Positions 49,560 to 64,000 of a stretch of 64,000 nt of DNA are shown here, piece by piece. The stretch is taken from positions 344,850-408,849 of the forward strand of contig CBFICI010000001.1 of assembly GCA_965661125.1 (NCBI GenBank), in the 5' to 3' direction. The DNA comes from Pseudomonadales bacterium (GTDB taxonomy: Bacteria; Pseudomonadota; Gammaproteobacteria; Pseudomonadales; GM7GCV1). The translations under genes and the position numbers were made by a program. The notes beneath the pieces were generated by a model. That model had not been told where the DNA came from and did no database searches. It saw only the letters and a list, made by a program, of their open reading frames with translations. Within the stretch, counting starts at the first letter, position 1, and each line of letters begins with the position of its first letter.

Positions 49560-50552
49560 ATGCGGCTTCAGGATATCGCCAGCCATATCGGCGCCGACCT
49601 ATGCAGTGCTGGCCCTGATATCGAGATCGAGGGGCTGGCATCGCTTTCCTCGGCCGGCCCGGGCCATCTCAGCTTTCTTGTTTCGGCAGATTTGCTGGAG
49701 CTGGCAAACCAGTCGCGAGCCGGTGCGTTGATTTGCCCTCACGATCTGGTGCAGCAGCTTTCGCAGCAGACCTCACGCCCTTTGCTGGCGAGTAAACAGC
49801 CTTATCTGGCCTATGCCCATGCCAGTGGCCTGTTTACCGACGAAGCTGCTCCCGCTGGAATTCATCCAAGCGCCAGCGTGGATAAGTCGGTTGAAATGGC
49901 CGATGACGTGCACATTGGTGCCAACGCTGTGGTCGGTCCTGGGGTTCGCCTGGCTGCCGGCGTGGCAGTGGGTAGCGGATGCCAGCTGGGTCGCAACGTG
50001 CAAATAGGCGAAGCAACCCGGCTGTTTCCAAACGTGGTGCTATACCATGGTGTTCGCCTTGGTAGCGACTGCATATTGCACAGTGGCGCGGTGCTTGGCG
50101 CAGATGGCTTTGGCTTTGCGCCCTCCGCGAATGGATGGGTCAAAATCCACCAGCTCGGCACCGTGATTGTCGGAGACCGGGTAGAGATTGGCCCGAACTG
50201 TACGGTTGCGCGCGGAGCCCTGGACGATACACGCATCGGCAATGGTGTGATCATGGATGCCCAGGTGCTTATTGCACACAATGTGGAAGTGGGCGAAAAC
50301 ACCGCTTTTGCAGGGCAGTCTGGAGCAGCTGGAAGTGCTCGCATCGGAGCAAACTGCACTTTCGGTGGTCAGTCCGGCGTGGTGGGTCACATCGAAATAG
50401 CGGATAATGTGCACCTGCAGGGGCGCAGTGTGATTACCAAAAGCATTTACCAGGCAGGTAGCTATTCATCCCTATGGCCACAGCTTCCAGCCGGGGAGTG
50501 GCGCAGGATGGTCGCCAGTTTGCGTCATGCTGCAAAAAAGAAAGCTGAATGA
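49560..50552 (+). CDS. lpxD: UDP-3-O-acylglucosamine N-acyltransferase
   Basis: The protein starts MRLQDIASHIGADL and has hexapeptide repeats. The frame was trimmed to ATG 49560. Confidence 0.9.
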   Translation: MRLQDIASHIGADLCSAGPDIEIEGLASLSSAGPGHLSFLVSADLLELANQSRAGALICPHDLVQQLSQQTSRPLLASKQPYLAYAHASGLFTDEAAPAGIHPSASVDKSVEMADDVHIGANAVVGPGVRLAAGVAVGSGCQLGRNVQIGEATRLFPNVVLYHGVRLGSDCILHSGAVLGADGFGFAPSANGWVKIHQLGTVIVGDRVEIGPNCTVARGALDDTRIGNGVIMDAQVLIAHNVEVGENTAFAGQSGAAGSARIGANCTFGGQSGVVGHIEIADNVHLQGRSVITKSIYQAGSYSSLWPQLPAGEWRRMVASLRHAAKKKAE

Positions 50553-50590
50553 CAGCCCATAAACCGAAGAGTTTTTAGCAAGGCAACGCA

Positions 50591-51034
50591 ATGATGATGG
50601 ACATTATCGAGATCCAGAAATATCTGCCGCATCGGTACCCGATGCTGCTGGTGGATCGTATTACCGACTTCGAAGAAGGCACCTTTATTCGTGGCTTCAA
50701 GAATGTCACCTACAACGAAGAGCTCTTTCAGGGGCATTTCCCACAAGAACCTATTCTGCCGGGTGTGGTAATCATTGAAGCCCTTGCCCAGGTATCTGGC
50801 GTGCTGGGCTTTAAAACCGTCGAGATGCGGCCGGAAGACGGCTACCTTTACCTCTTCGCTGGCATCGATAAAGTGCGTTTCAAGCGGCGCGTGGTTCCCG
50901 GTGACCGATTGACACTTGAGTCGACCGTAATCACGCGCAAGCGCCATATCTGGAAATTCGATGTGAAAGCTTTGGTCGATGGCGAATTGGCGGTATCGGC
51001 GGAGCTGACCTGCGCAATTGTAGAAAACAACTGA
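50591..51034 (+). CDS. fabZ: 3-hydroxyacyl-ACP dehydratase FabZ
   Basis: [13 protein letters not shown] and [14 protein letters not shown] are present. Confidence 0.95.
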   Translation: MMMDIIEIQKYLPHRYPMLLVDRITDFEEGTFIRGFKNVTYNEELFQGHFPQEPILPGVVIIEALAQVSGVLGFKTVEMRPEDGYLYLFAGIDKVRFKRRVVPGDRLTLESTVITRKRHIWKFDVKALVDGELAVSAELTCAIVENN

Positions 51035-51043
51035 TTCTTGGCC

Positions 51044-51820
51044 ATGGCTAAGGTAGACCCGCGCGCCATTGTCCACGAATCTGCGTTACTGGCTGACGAT
51101 GTTGAGGTTGGTCCTTTCACCATTATTGGCGAACAGGTTGAAATCGGTGCGGGGACTGTCATCGGCCCACACAACGTGCTCAAGGGCCCAACACGCATCG
51201 GCGAGAACAACCGCATATTGCAATTCTGTTCGATTGGGGAAGACACGCCCGACCTGAAATATGCCGGGGAGGACACCTGGCTGATTATTGGCGACAATAA
51301 CACCATCCGCGAGGGCGTTACCCTGCATCGCGGTACAGTTCAAGACCGTGCTGAAACCCGCATCGGCAATCACAACCTCATTATGGCCTATGCCCATGTG
51401 GGGCATGACTGCATCCTCCATGACCATACAATACTGGTAAACAATGCTGCTCTGGCGGGCCATGTTGAGGTGGGTGACTGGGCAATCATTTCGGGGTTTA
51501 CCGGCATTCATCAGTACTGCAATGTTGGTGCACACTCTTTTATCGGTGCCTACTCCTGGGTAACGCAGGATTTGCCAGCATACGTTCTGGCCACCGGTAA
51601 TCCGGCTGTGCCCAGAACCATTAATGCCGAAGGCCTCAAGCGCAGAGGCTTCAGCAGCGCGCAACTGCGCTGCCTGCAAAAAGCCTACAAGACCATTTAC
51701 CGACGCGGTCTTGATCTGGATAGCGCGCTGCAAGAACTGCGCGACGATACTGATAATCACGAACTGCTTCAGCCACTGATTCAATCCATCGAATCAAGCC
51801 AGAGGGGCATTCTGCGCTGA
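51044..51820 (+). CDS. lpxA: Acyl-ACP--UDP-N-acetylglucosamine O-acyltransferase
   Basis: The sequence KVDPRAIVHESALLADDVEVGPFTIIG aligns with Pseudomonas LpxA. ATG 51044 gives a homologue-like N-terminus, and TTG 51038 is the alternative start. Confidence 0.9.
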   Translation: MAKVDPRAIVHESALLADDVEVGPFTIIGEQVEIGAGTVIGPHNVLKGPTRIGENNRILQFCSIGEDTPDLKYAGEDTWLIIGDNNTIREGVTLHRGTVQDRAETRIGNHNLIMAYAHVGHDCILHDHTILVNNAALAGHVEVGDWAIISGFTGIHQYCNVGAHSFIGAYSWVTQDLPAYVLATGNPAVPRTINAEGLKRRGFSSAQLRCLQKAYKTIYRRGLDLDSALQELRDDTDNHELLQPLIQSIESSQRGILR

Positions 51821-52959
51821 TGGATTCCCCGCTGCGTATTGCCCTGGTGGCGGGCGAAGCATCCGGCGATATTCTAGGCAGTGGCTTGATTCGGCAGCTC
51901 AAGCAGCTGCATCCGCAGGCCGAGTTTGTCGGTGTTGGCGGTCCGCTGATGAAAGCCGAGGGTCTGCATTCCCTGTTTGACATGGATCGACTTAGTGTCA
52001 TGGGTTTGTGGGAGCCGCTCAAACGCCTGCCCGAACTGTTATCCATGCGGCGCAGTCTGATTCGCAGATTTCGCGAACTCCCGGTTGACCTCTTTGTCGG
52101 CATAGATTCGCCCGATTTCAATCTGGGCATTGCGGCTGCGCTTAAACCATACGGCATCGCCACCGCTCATTACGTGAGTCCATCTGTATGGGCCTGGCGC
52201 CAGGGGCGCGTAAAGGGAATTCGCCGCAACCTAGACCTGATGCTTACCCTGCTTCCGTTCGAGGCCGAATTCTATCGGCAGTATGAGGTGCCAGTGGAGT
52301 TTGTCGGCCACCCCCTGGCCAGTCAAATTACTGCCAGCATCAACCCTCAGGCGCAGCGTTGCCAACTGGGGCTTGGCGATACTCCCATGCTGCTATTGCT
52401 TCCAGGCTCGCGCGGCTCCGAGGTAAAACACTTGATGCCGCTGTTTGAACGCACGTCTGAGGAGCTTCGCCGCTACATTCCGAATCTTCAGGTTAGGGTG
52501 GCGGCTGCCAACGCGCAGCGGGAAAAACAAATTAATGAATTGCTCGACGATTCTTCTCAAACCCGGGTTGTTTGTGGTCAAACGCGCGAGCTGATTGCTG
52601 CCAGCGATGCAGTTCTGGCGGCTTCCGGAACAACCACGCTGGAGGTGATGCTCAGCGGCCGACCCATGGTAATTGCCTACAAGGCTGACGCACTCTCTTA
52701 CGCAATCATCAGCCGCATGTTACGGGTGCCCTGGGTGGGGTTGCCGAATCTGATCGCGGGCAAATCTCTGGTGCCCGAACTGATCCAGCAGGATGCCCGA
52801 ATTGAATCCCTGTGCGACGCCTTGCGACGATGCTTCGAGGACGAAGCCTGGGTGCATTCCCTGCAGCAGCAATTTGGCCTGCTGTCGGATCAATTGCGCC
52901 AGCCTTCGGACCAGCTGGCCGCTGCAGCACTGAACCGGTTGTTGCAGCAACGTGGCTGA
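51820..52959 (+). CDS. lpxB: Lipid-A-disaccharide synthase
   Basis: IALVAGEASGDILG and the position after lpxA support the call. The start overlaps the lpxA stop. Confidence 0.9.
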   Translation: MDSPLRIALVAGEASGDILGSGLIRQLKQLHPQAEFVGVGGPLMKAEGLHSLFDMDRLSVMGLWEPLKRLPELLSMRRSLIRRFRELPVDLFVGIDSPDFNLGIAAALKPYGIATAHYVSPSVWAWRQGRVKGIRRNLDLMLTLLPFEAEFYRQYEVPVEFVGHPLASQITASINPQAQRCQLGLGDTPMLLLLPGSRGSEVKHLMPLFERTSEELRRYIPNLQVRVAAANAQREKQINELLDDSSQTRVVCGQTRELIAASDAVLAASGTTTLEVMLSGRPMVIAYKADALSYAIISRMLRVPWVGLPNLIAGKSLVPELIQQDARIESLCDALRRCFEDEAWVHSLQQQFGLLSDQLRQPSDQLAAAALNRLLQQRG

Positions 52960-53560
52960 TGTCAGGCTAATTGCGGGTACAGACGAAGCGGGCAGGGGGC
53001 CCCTGGCAGGTGCAGTGTTTGCCGGTGCGGTGTTGCTGGACCCCGAGCGACCTATCGAAGGCCTCAACGATTCCAAGAAGCTGACGGCTAAACGACGGGA
53101 CAGCCTGTTTGCGCAGATTCGCCAGCGCAGTATTTGCTGGACAGTGTCCGCGGCCACGGTGCAGGAAATTGATGCGCTGAACATACTGCACGCCTCCATG
53201 CTGGCAATGAAGCGGGCTGTGAGCGCACTTCGTCCCACGCCCGATTTTGTCTATGTCGATGGCAACCGAGTGCCCGATTGGTCGTTCGAGTCGGAGGCCC
53301 TTGTGGGCGGTGACGGAAGGGTTGCCGCTGTGTCGGCTGCATCCATTGTCGCCAAGGTTTGCCGCGACCGATACATGAATAGAATGGCGCAGGCGTTCCC
53401 CGGCTATGGCTTCGAGCGCCATGCAGGTTACCCCACTGCGTTTCACTTGCAGGCGCTGCGAGAAAGAGGTCCTTGTGCAATTCACAGGAAAAGTTATGCT
53501 CCTGTGAAGCAGGCCGATCTCTTTGCCCAGGCCGCGCAAAGTACCGCCACCCAGGAGTAG
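52952..53560 (+). CDS. rnhB: Ribonuclease HII
   Basis: IAGTDEAGRGPLAGAV and DSKKL motifs are present. The GTG start overlaps lpxB by 8 nt. Confidence 0.9.
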   Translation: MADVRLIAGTDEAGRGPLAGAVFAGAVLLDPERPIEGLNDSKKLTAKRRDSLFAQIRQRSICWTVSAATVQEIDALNILHASMLAMKRAVSALRPTPDFVYVDGNRVPDWSFESEALVGGDGRVAAVSAASIVAKVCRDRYMNRMAQAFPGYGFERHAGYPTAFHLQALRERGPCAIHRKSYAPVKQADLFAQAAQSTATQE

Positions 53561-53567
53561 TTTTTCA

Positions 53568-56500
53568 ATGAGCGAAGCCCCCACACCATCCTTTGTGCAC
53601 CTGCGGGCGCACACGGAATTTTCGATGGTGGATGGCATTCTTCGAATCAAGCCAACCCTGCAGGCGGCTGCCGAAATGCAGATGCCCGCACTGGCTTTGA
53701 CAGATCTCAGCAATCTGTTTGCCGCGGTAAAATTTTACCGCGCAGCTGAATCCAGCGGGGTAAAACCCCTGATAGGCTGTGATTTTTTGCTCCATCTGGG
53801 TGAGGACACGCGCCCGGCCGAGGTTTGCCTGCTGGTTAAGGACGCAACAGGCTACGCCAATCTGGTTGAACTGATCTCGCGTTCCTGGTTGCAGGGGCAG
53901 GTGAGAGGGACGCCCTATATCAACTGGAGCTGGATTGAGGAGTTGCATGAGGGGTTGATTTGTCTTTCGGGCGCAATGCAGGGTGAGGTGGGCCAGCACT
54001 TGCTCAGTCGGTACCCCGAGAAGGCAGGTGACGTTGCGAGTCGATGGCAGGCCCTGTTTGCAGACCGCTTTTATCTGGAAGTGCAGCGAACCGGAAAATC
54101 CGGCGAAGAAGAATATCTGCATGCGGCTGTCGAACTGGCCGCCAGCCTGCAAATTCCCCTGGTGGCAACCAATCAGGTGCGCTTCCTCAAACGCGGCGAT
54201 TTCGAGGCGCATGAGGCTCGCACTGCGATACACGACGGAATGACGCTGGCGGATCCCAGGCGTGAGCAACGCTTCACTGAAGAGCAGTATCTCAAGTCGC
54301 CATCCGAAATGACCGAGCTGTTCAGCGACCTCCCCGAAGCGTTGCAAAACAGCCTGGAAATTGCCCGACGGTGCTCGCTTGATATGAAGCTGGGCGAGTA
54401 TTTTTTGCCGGAATACCCTACTCCCCAGGGAATGGACGAGCCAGAATACCTGCGTTACGCGTCGCGGCAAGGCTTGAAGGAGCGAATGGAATTCCTGTTT
54501 CCCGATTCCGTTGTGCGCAGCGAAAAACAGGGTGAATACCAACAAAGGCTTGAAGAGGAGCTGGATATCATTATCCAGATGGGGTTCCCCGGCTACTTCC
54601 TGATCGTGATGGACTTTATCCAGTGGGCCAAGAATAACTCCATCCCGGTGGGCCCGGGGCGGGGTTCCGGAGCCGGCTCGCTGGTTGCCTACGCTTTGAA
54701 AATTACCGATCTGGACCCGATTGAATACGATTTGCTCTTCGAGCGCTTTCTCAACCCGGAGCGGGTATCCATGCCCGACTTTGACGTCGACTTCTGTATG
54801 GAGGGTCGCGACCGGGTAATCGACTACGTGGCCGAGCGCTACGGGCGCGACGCCGTGTCCCAAATTGTGACCTTTGGCACCATGGCAGCCAAGGCGGTTG
54901 TCAAGGATGTGGCCCGTGTACAGGGCAAATCCTATGGTCTTGCCGACCGGCTCTCGAAAATGATCCCATTTGAAGTGGGTATGACCCTGAGCACAGCGCT
55001 GGAACAGGAAACCGCGCTGCAGGAATTTCTTGCACAGGACGGGGATGCTCAGGAAATCTGGGAAATGGCCGAGCAGCTAGAGGGTATTACCCGCAACTGT
55101 GGCAAACACGCAGGCGGAGTTGTAATCGCGCCAACGCGACTGACTGACTTTGCGCCCCTCTACTGCGATGATCAGGGTCAGAGCGTTGTCACCCAGTTTG
55201 ACAAGAACGATGTGGAAGCCGCGGGGCTGGTGAAGTTCGATTTTCTGGGCCTGAAGACCCTCACCATTATCGACTGGGCCCTGAACCTGGTAAATAAGCG
55301 CAGAAAGCTGGAGAAACAGGAAGCGGTGGATATCAACGCCATCCCTCTGGACGACAGTGCCACCTTCGAGCTGCTTCAGAGCGCCGAGACAGCGGCGGTG
55401 TTCCAGCTGGAATCACGTGGTATGCGTGACCTGATCAAGCGGCTGCGCCCCTCCAGCTTTGAAGACATCATCGCCCTGGTTGCACTGTTTCGGCCGGGGC
55501 CACTGCAGTCGGGCATGGTGGACGACTTTATCAACCGAAAACACGGTCGCGAGCAGGTGGCTTATCCGCACCCAACCTACCAGCACGACGAGCTGGTTCC
55601 GGTCCTTGAGCCAACCTACGGCATTATCCTCTACCAGGAGCAGGTAATGCAGATTGCCCAGGTTCTGGCGGGTTTCAGCCTGGGTCAGGCCGACCTGCTG
55701 CGCAGGGCGATGGGCAAGAAGAATGCCGACGAAATGGCCAAGCAGCGTAAAATTTTCCTTGAAGGGGCCTCGCAGCGTGGTATTTCCGCAGAGTTGGCGT
55801 CAAATATCTTCGACCTGATGGAGAAGTTTGCCGGTTACGGCTTTAACAAGTCGCACTCGGCTGCTTACGCGCTGATCGCCTATCAAACAGCCTGGTTGAA
55901 AACCCACTACCCGGCCGAATTCATGGCGGCAGTGATGTCGGCCGATATGCAAAACACCGACAAAATTGTCGGGTTTATTGATGAATGTCGCCGGCTCGAC
56001 CTGCAGGTTGCACCACCGGATGTAAATGTCGGCCGTTTCCAGTTCTCGGTGGATGGGCAGGGTAAGGTTATTTACGGGCTAGGCGCTATCAAGGGCCTGG
56101 GCGAGGGCGCCATCCAATCGTTGCTGGACAATCGCGAAAAGGCCAACTACCAGGACATCTACGACTTCTGCAAAAAGGTAGATAGCCGCAAGTTCAACCG
56201 GCGGGCCCTGGAAGCTCTAGTACGGAGTGGTGCCCTGGACAAGGTGAGCGGTTTCCCCGATGACCCGGACCGTGGCAGGGCCCTTCTGGAGGCCGCAGCC
56301 GAGGACGCCATGCAGATTGCCGAGCAGGTAAGTGCAAACCGGGAAAGTGGCATGACCGACATGTTCGGTGAGATTGCAGTAGAGGCTGAAGAATCTCCAT
56401 TGGCGGGCCCTGCCGCTGCGCGGCCCTGGTCGCTTCGGGAACGGCTGCAAAAAGAAAAAGAAACCCTGGGCCTGTATTTGACAGGCCATCCGGTGGAGGC

Positions 56501-57068
56501 CTATCGGGACGAGTTGCGGGTGCTGGTTGGCCGGCGCCTGGCCGACCTGGTGCCGAGCCGCGACAAGCAGTGGCTGGGCGGCTTGCTGGTAGACCGGCGA
56601 ATTATCAAAACTCGGCGTGGCGATCGTCTCTGCATTCTGACTCTGGACGATCGCAGCGCACGCGTCGAGGTTACCCTGTTTCCGGATATGTACACTCAGT
56701 GTGAGTCGCTGCTGGTACCCGACTCGGTATTGGCGGTAGAGGGAACGGTGGAAACGGACGACTACAGTGGTGGCCTGCGTGTTCGCGCTGAAAATTTGTT
56801 GCCTATTATCGAGCTGCGCAATCAGAAATTCCGCTATCTCTGTGTTGAGATGGCCCCTGAAACTGCCGACAATGGCCTGGTAGGGCGCCTGAAAGGCTGC
56901 CTGTCAGACTATCTGGGCGGCGCATGCAGTGTTCGCGTGCGCTTCAACGCGTCGCACCAGCGCGCCGAGTTCGAGTTGGGTGAGCAGTGGCAGGTTGAAC
57001 CGCGCGACGAGCTGTTACACGAATTGCGTCACCAGTTCGGCCAGGAGTCGGTTAGCCTGGGTGCTTGA
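53568..57068 (+). CDS. dnaE: DNA polymerase III alpha subunit
   Basis: FVHLRAHTEFSMVDG is the PHP domain start. The palm motif FDVDFC (in PDFDVDFCMEGRD) is present, and the protein is 1166 aa. The frame was trimmed to ATG 53568. Confidence 0.95.
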   Translation: MSEAPTPSFVHLRAHTEFSMVDGILRIKPTLQAAAEMQMPALALTDLSNLFAAVKFYRAAESSGVKPLIGCDFLLHLGEDTRPAEVCLLVKDATGYANLVELISRSWLQGQVRGTPYINWSWIEELHEGLICLSGAMQGEVGQHLLSRYPEKAGDVASRWQALFADRFYLEVQRTGKSGEEEYLHAAVELAASLQIPLVATNQVRFLKRGDFEAHEARTAIHDGMTLADPRREQRFTEEQYLKSPSEMTELFSDLPEALQNSLEIARRCSLDMKLGEYFLPEYPTPQGMDEPEYLRYASRQGLKERMEFLFPDSVVRSEKQGEYQQRLEEELDIIIQMGFPGYFLIVMDFIQWAKNNSIPVGPGRGSGAGSLVAYALKITDLDPIEYDLLFERFLNPERVSMPDFDVDFCMEGRDRVIDYVAERYGRDAVSQIVTFGTMAAKAVVKDVARVQGKSYGLADRLSKMIPFEVGMTLSTALEQETALQEFLAQDGDAQEIWEMAEQLEGITRNCGKHAGGVVIAPTRLTDFAPLYCDDQGQSVVTQFDKNDVEAAGLVKFDFLGLKTLTIIDWALNLVNKRRKLEKQEAVDINAIPLDDSATFELLQSAETAAVFQLESRGMRDLIKRLRPSSFEDIIALVALFRPGPLQSGMVDDFINRKHGREQVAYPHPTYQHDELVPVLEPTYGIILYQEQVMQIAQVLAGFSLGQADLLRRAMGKKNADEMAKQRKIFLEGASQRGISAELASNIFDLMEKFAGYGFNKSHSAAYALIAYQTAWLKTHYPAEFMAAVMSADMQNTDKIVGFIDECRRLDLQVAPPDVNVGRFQFSVDGQGKVIYGLGAIKGLGEGAIQSLLDNREKANYQDIYDFCKKVDSRKFNRRALEALVRSGALDKVSGFPDDPDRGRALLEAAAEDAMQIAEQVSANRESGMTDMFGEIAVEAEESPLAGPAAARPWSLRERLQKEKETLGLYLTGHPVEAYRDELRVLVGRRLADLVPSRDKQWLGGLLVDRRIIKTRRGDRLCILTLDDRSARVEVTLFPDMYTQCESLLVPDSVLAVEGTVETDDYSGGLRVRAENLLPIIELRNQKFRYLCVEMAPETADNGLVGRLKGCLSDYLGGACSVRVRFNASHQRAEFELGEQWQVEPRDELLHELRHQFGQESVSLGA

Positions 57069-58369
57069 TGGCTAGTTCGATGCTTGATTCGACACAACTT
57101 CAGCTGATGCGGGATTCGAGCCGGGTATGGGTCGGGTTCAGCGGAGGCCTGGATTCCAGCTTGCTGCTGCATCTATTAAATGAAGCCATTCCAGGCAGGG
57201 TTGCGGCGCTGCATTACAACCACAGAATTTCGCCCCAATCAGATAGCTGGCAGGCCCATTGCCAGGCAATCTGCGACTCGTTGGATGTACCTTTCACCAG
57301 TGCCCGGGCGGAAAAGAAATTTTCGCCATCCGATCTGGAACAGCAAGCACGCGACGCACGTTACCGCTTTTTTTTCAGCCATGTTCAGGCCGGCGAGTGT
57401 CTGGCCCTTGCGCATCACGCGGATGATCAGGTGGAAACCCTGTTTCTGCGTTTGATGCGTGGTAGCGGTCTGAGAGGGCTTTGCGCGATCCCCTGGAGCC
57501 GTACTTTGGGCGAAGCCCTAATAGTTCGCCCCATGATGGCCAGCACTCGCGAGCAGCTGCTTCAGGAAGCTCAAAAGAGGCATCTGGAATGGATAGAGGA
57601 CGAATCCAATAAGCAGCTGGTTCAAGACCGGAACTGGTTGCGCAACCGCTTGCTGCCCGGATTGGAAGAGCGATGGCCCGATGTGCCTGCTCGCATTCAA
57701 CGAGTGGTTGCCAATTTGCAGTCGGCTGCGGAATTACAGCAGGAGTACGTAGAGCAACTGCTCAGCCAGATTGAAGTAAGGTCGGAAGTGTTTGGCCTGA
57801 GTTTTGACGCGAAAAAGTGGTGCCAATGCTCCGATCCAGCTGGCAGAGCATTGCTGGAGCATCTGGCGCGCGAACTGGGTGAGTATGGGTTGCCGTCAGA
57901 TGCCTGCAGCAAGTTGATTGAACAGCTCGTACAGAGCCGCGAGGATGCTCAGCCATTGCTCAAACTGGGCTCGATAGAAGCTCGGCGATTCGCAGGTCGC
58001 ATTTATCTGCTGGTGGCTATGCCCGCTGCCTGGAAAGCCCGACAGTGGGACGGGCGGGCCGAGTTGATGCTGGGGCCGGGTATGAGCTTGCAGGGTGATT
58101 GGCAGGCCGGTGATTATCTGGTGCGCCCGCGCCAGGAGGGCGACCGTATTCAGCTACGTAGCGAAGCCGGGTCGCGCCTAGTGAAACAGCTGATGCAGGA
58201 AGAGGCGATTCCGCCCTGGATAAGGCCGTTGATGCCATTGGTTGTCCAGGCCGGCAATGTAGTAGCCATTGCCGACCTGGTTGCAGTGAACGGAATGCAG
58301 TCTCCGGCTTCCGTGTGCCACCTGCCGGGATGGAAGCCGGGGCCGCTATTTCGCCGAATCGGCGGCTGA
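57068..58369 (+). CDS. tilS: tRNA(Ile)-lysidine synthase
   Basis: The PP-loop motif is VGFSGGLDSSLLL. The ATG overlaps the dnaE TGA. Confidence 0.9.
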   Translation: MASSMLDSTQLQLMRDSSRVWVGFSGGLDSSLLLHLLNEAIPGRVAALHYNHRISPQSDSWQAHCQAICDSLDVPFTSARAEKKFSPSDLEQQARDARYRFFFSHVQAGECLALAHHADDQVETLFLRLMRGSGLRGLCAIPWSRTLGEALIVRPMMASTREQLLQEAQKRHLEWIEDESNKQLVQDRNWLRNRLLPGLEERWPDVPARIQRVVANLQSAAELQQEYVEQLLSQIEVRSEVFGLSFDAKKWCQCSDPAGRALLEHLARELGEYGLPSDACSKLIEQLVQSREDAQPLLKLGSIEARRFAGRIYLLVAMPAAWKARQWDGRAELMLGPGMSLQGDWQAGDYLVRPRQEGDRIQLRSEAGSRLVKQLMQEEAIPPWIRPLMPLVVQAGNVVAIADLVAVNGMQSPASVCHLPGWKPGPLFRRIGG

Positions 58370-58714
58370 TCAGGCCGGGCGCGGAGCCCAGACGTTACAC
58401 CAGCCTTTGGCCGCTACCGTTTTACCAGGGAAGAGGGCACAGGGCCCCCAATTGCCTTCGCCAACTTCGCCGGTATACAGCACGCAATTGTCACAGTACT
58501 GGTTTTCGCCACCCGCTTCGGTACTGCGTCGCGGGAACATATCGGTGTTGATGTCTTCCACGCTGTGCTTGTAACCCAGTGCTGCTGCGGTAGGGTCCGA
58601 CTCTTCCAGGCGGGGCAAGTCCTGAGCCATCAGGGGGCGGGTAACATCGATTGCAGGTATGAGCAGGGTGCCAGCCAGAAAGCGGCGGCGGGTAATCTGA
58701 ACGGACTTCTTCAT
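58370..58714 (-). CDS. High-potential iron-sulfur protein (HiPIP) with a Tat signal
   Basis: The twin-arginine motif is TRRRFLAG. The cluster cysteines follow CDNC...C...GWC (YCDNCVLY, GPCALFPGKTVAAKGWCNVW). The frame was trimmed to ATG 58714. Confidence 0.8.
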   Translation of the reverse strand: MKKSVQITRRRFLAGTLLIPAIDVTRPLMAQDLPRLEESDPTAAALGYKHSVEDINTDMFPRRSTEAGGENQYCDNCVLYTGEVGEGNWGPCALFPGKTVAAKGWCNVWAPRPA

Positions 58715-58766
58715 GCTTTTCCTCGTTCGTTTAAGCGCGTCCATACTAACCGCCTTTGGGGGATAA

Positions 58767-63738
<4,972 letters not shown>

Positions 63739-63833
63739 TCTGCTTCGGCTTCATGTAAGATTGTAGCGCATAGTACAGGGGCTGCGACCAACGCAACAGA
63801 CCCCTTTAACAGGATAAGTAACCCGGATTTGCC

Positions 63834-64000
63834 ATGTCTGAATCACCCTCTCTGTCACTCGTCGTTCCGCTCTACAATGAACGGGAAAATGTTCAGCCAT
63901 TGCTAGACCGGGTGGGTGAAGCTATGCGCAGTTATCAGGGTAGCTTTGAGTTGATCCTGGTAGACGATGGCAGCTCGGACGAAACAGTGAGCACCGCCAA
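63834..64000 (+). CDS. Family-2 glycosyltransferase (polyprenyl-phosphate sugar transferase-like), 5' part only
   Basis: Hand translation gives MSESPSLSLVVPLYNERENVQPLLDRVGEAMRSYQGSFELILVDDGSSDETVSTA, which is the GT-A N-terminal motif with DDGS. The gene runs off the window. Confidence 0.7.
   Translation, partial: MSESPSLSLVVPLYNERENVQPLLDRVGEAMRSYQGSFELILVDDGSSDETVSTA

Overview
This 64-kb window is a moderately GC-rich (by eye) stretch of gammaproteobacterial core chromosome. Almost all of it is densely packed housekeeping genes in Pseudomonas-like order. The main blocks are: tig-clpP-clpX-lon-hupB-ppiD; uvrB; thrS-infC-rpmI-rplT-pheS-pheT-ihfA-merR; fldB-trmL-gcvR-like; yheU, epmC-pdxB; alaA-type aminotransferase, nth, dapC-glnD-map; serC-serA; rpsB-tsf-pyrH-frr-uppS-cdsA-dxr-rseP-bamA-skp-lpxD-fabZ-lpxA-lpxB-rnhB-dnaE-tilS; a HiPIP gene; and pyrG-kdsA-eno. 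I folded seven tRNA genes by hand: Pro-TGG, Arg-TCT, His-GTG, Leu-TAG, Asn-GTT, Val-GAC and Pro-GGG. I saw no transposase, integrase, phage, CRISPR, toxin-antitoxin or defence genes, and I did not find a convincing novel multi-gene system. The best leads are single-locus oddities. (1) An AlaA-type aminotransferase is fused in frame to an N-terminal Cro/YdaS-like HTH, with a perfect palindrome over its probable promoter. (2) Two tandem ~155-nt tRNA-Asn-derived units next to the real tRNA-Asn keep an internal hairpin through four compensatory base-pair changes. (3) Other structured intergenic repeats lie next to tRNA genes. (4) A zinc-ribbon methyltransferase gene sits inside an Arg-His-Leu tRNA cluster. 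(5) The left edge holds decaying regulatory genes: a frameshifted LuxR solo and a receiver-domain stub. All function calls rest on my recognition of conserved protein motifs and gene order, since no database search was possible. Start codons were chosen by homologue N-termini and Shine-Dalgarno spacing and are less certain than the gene calls.
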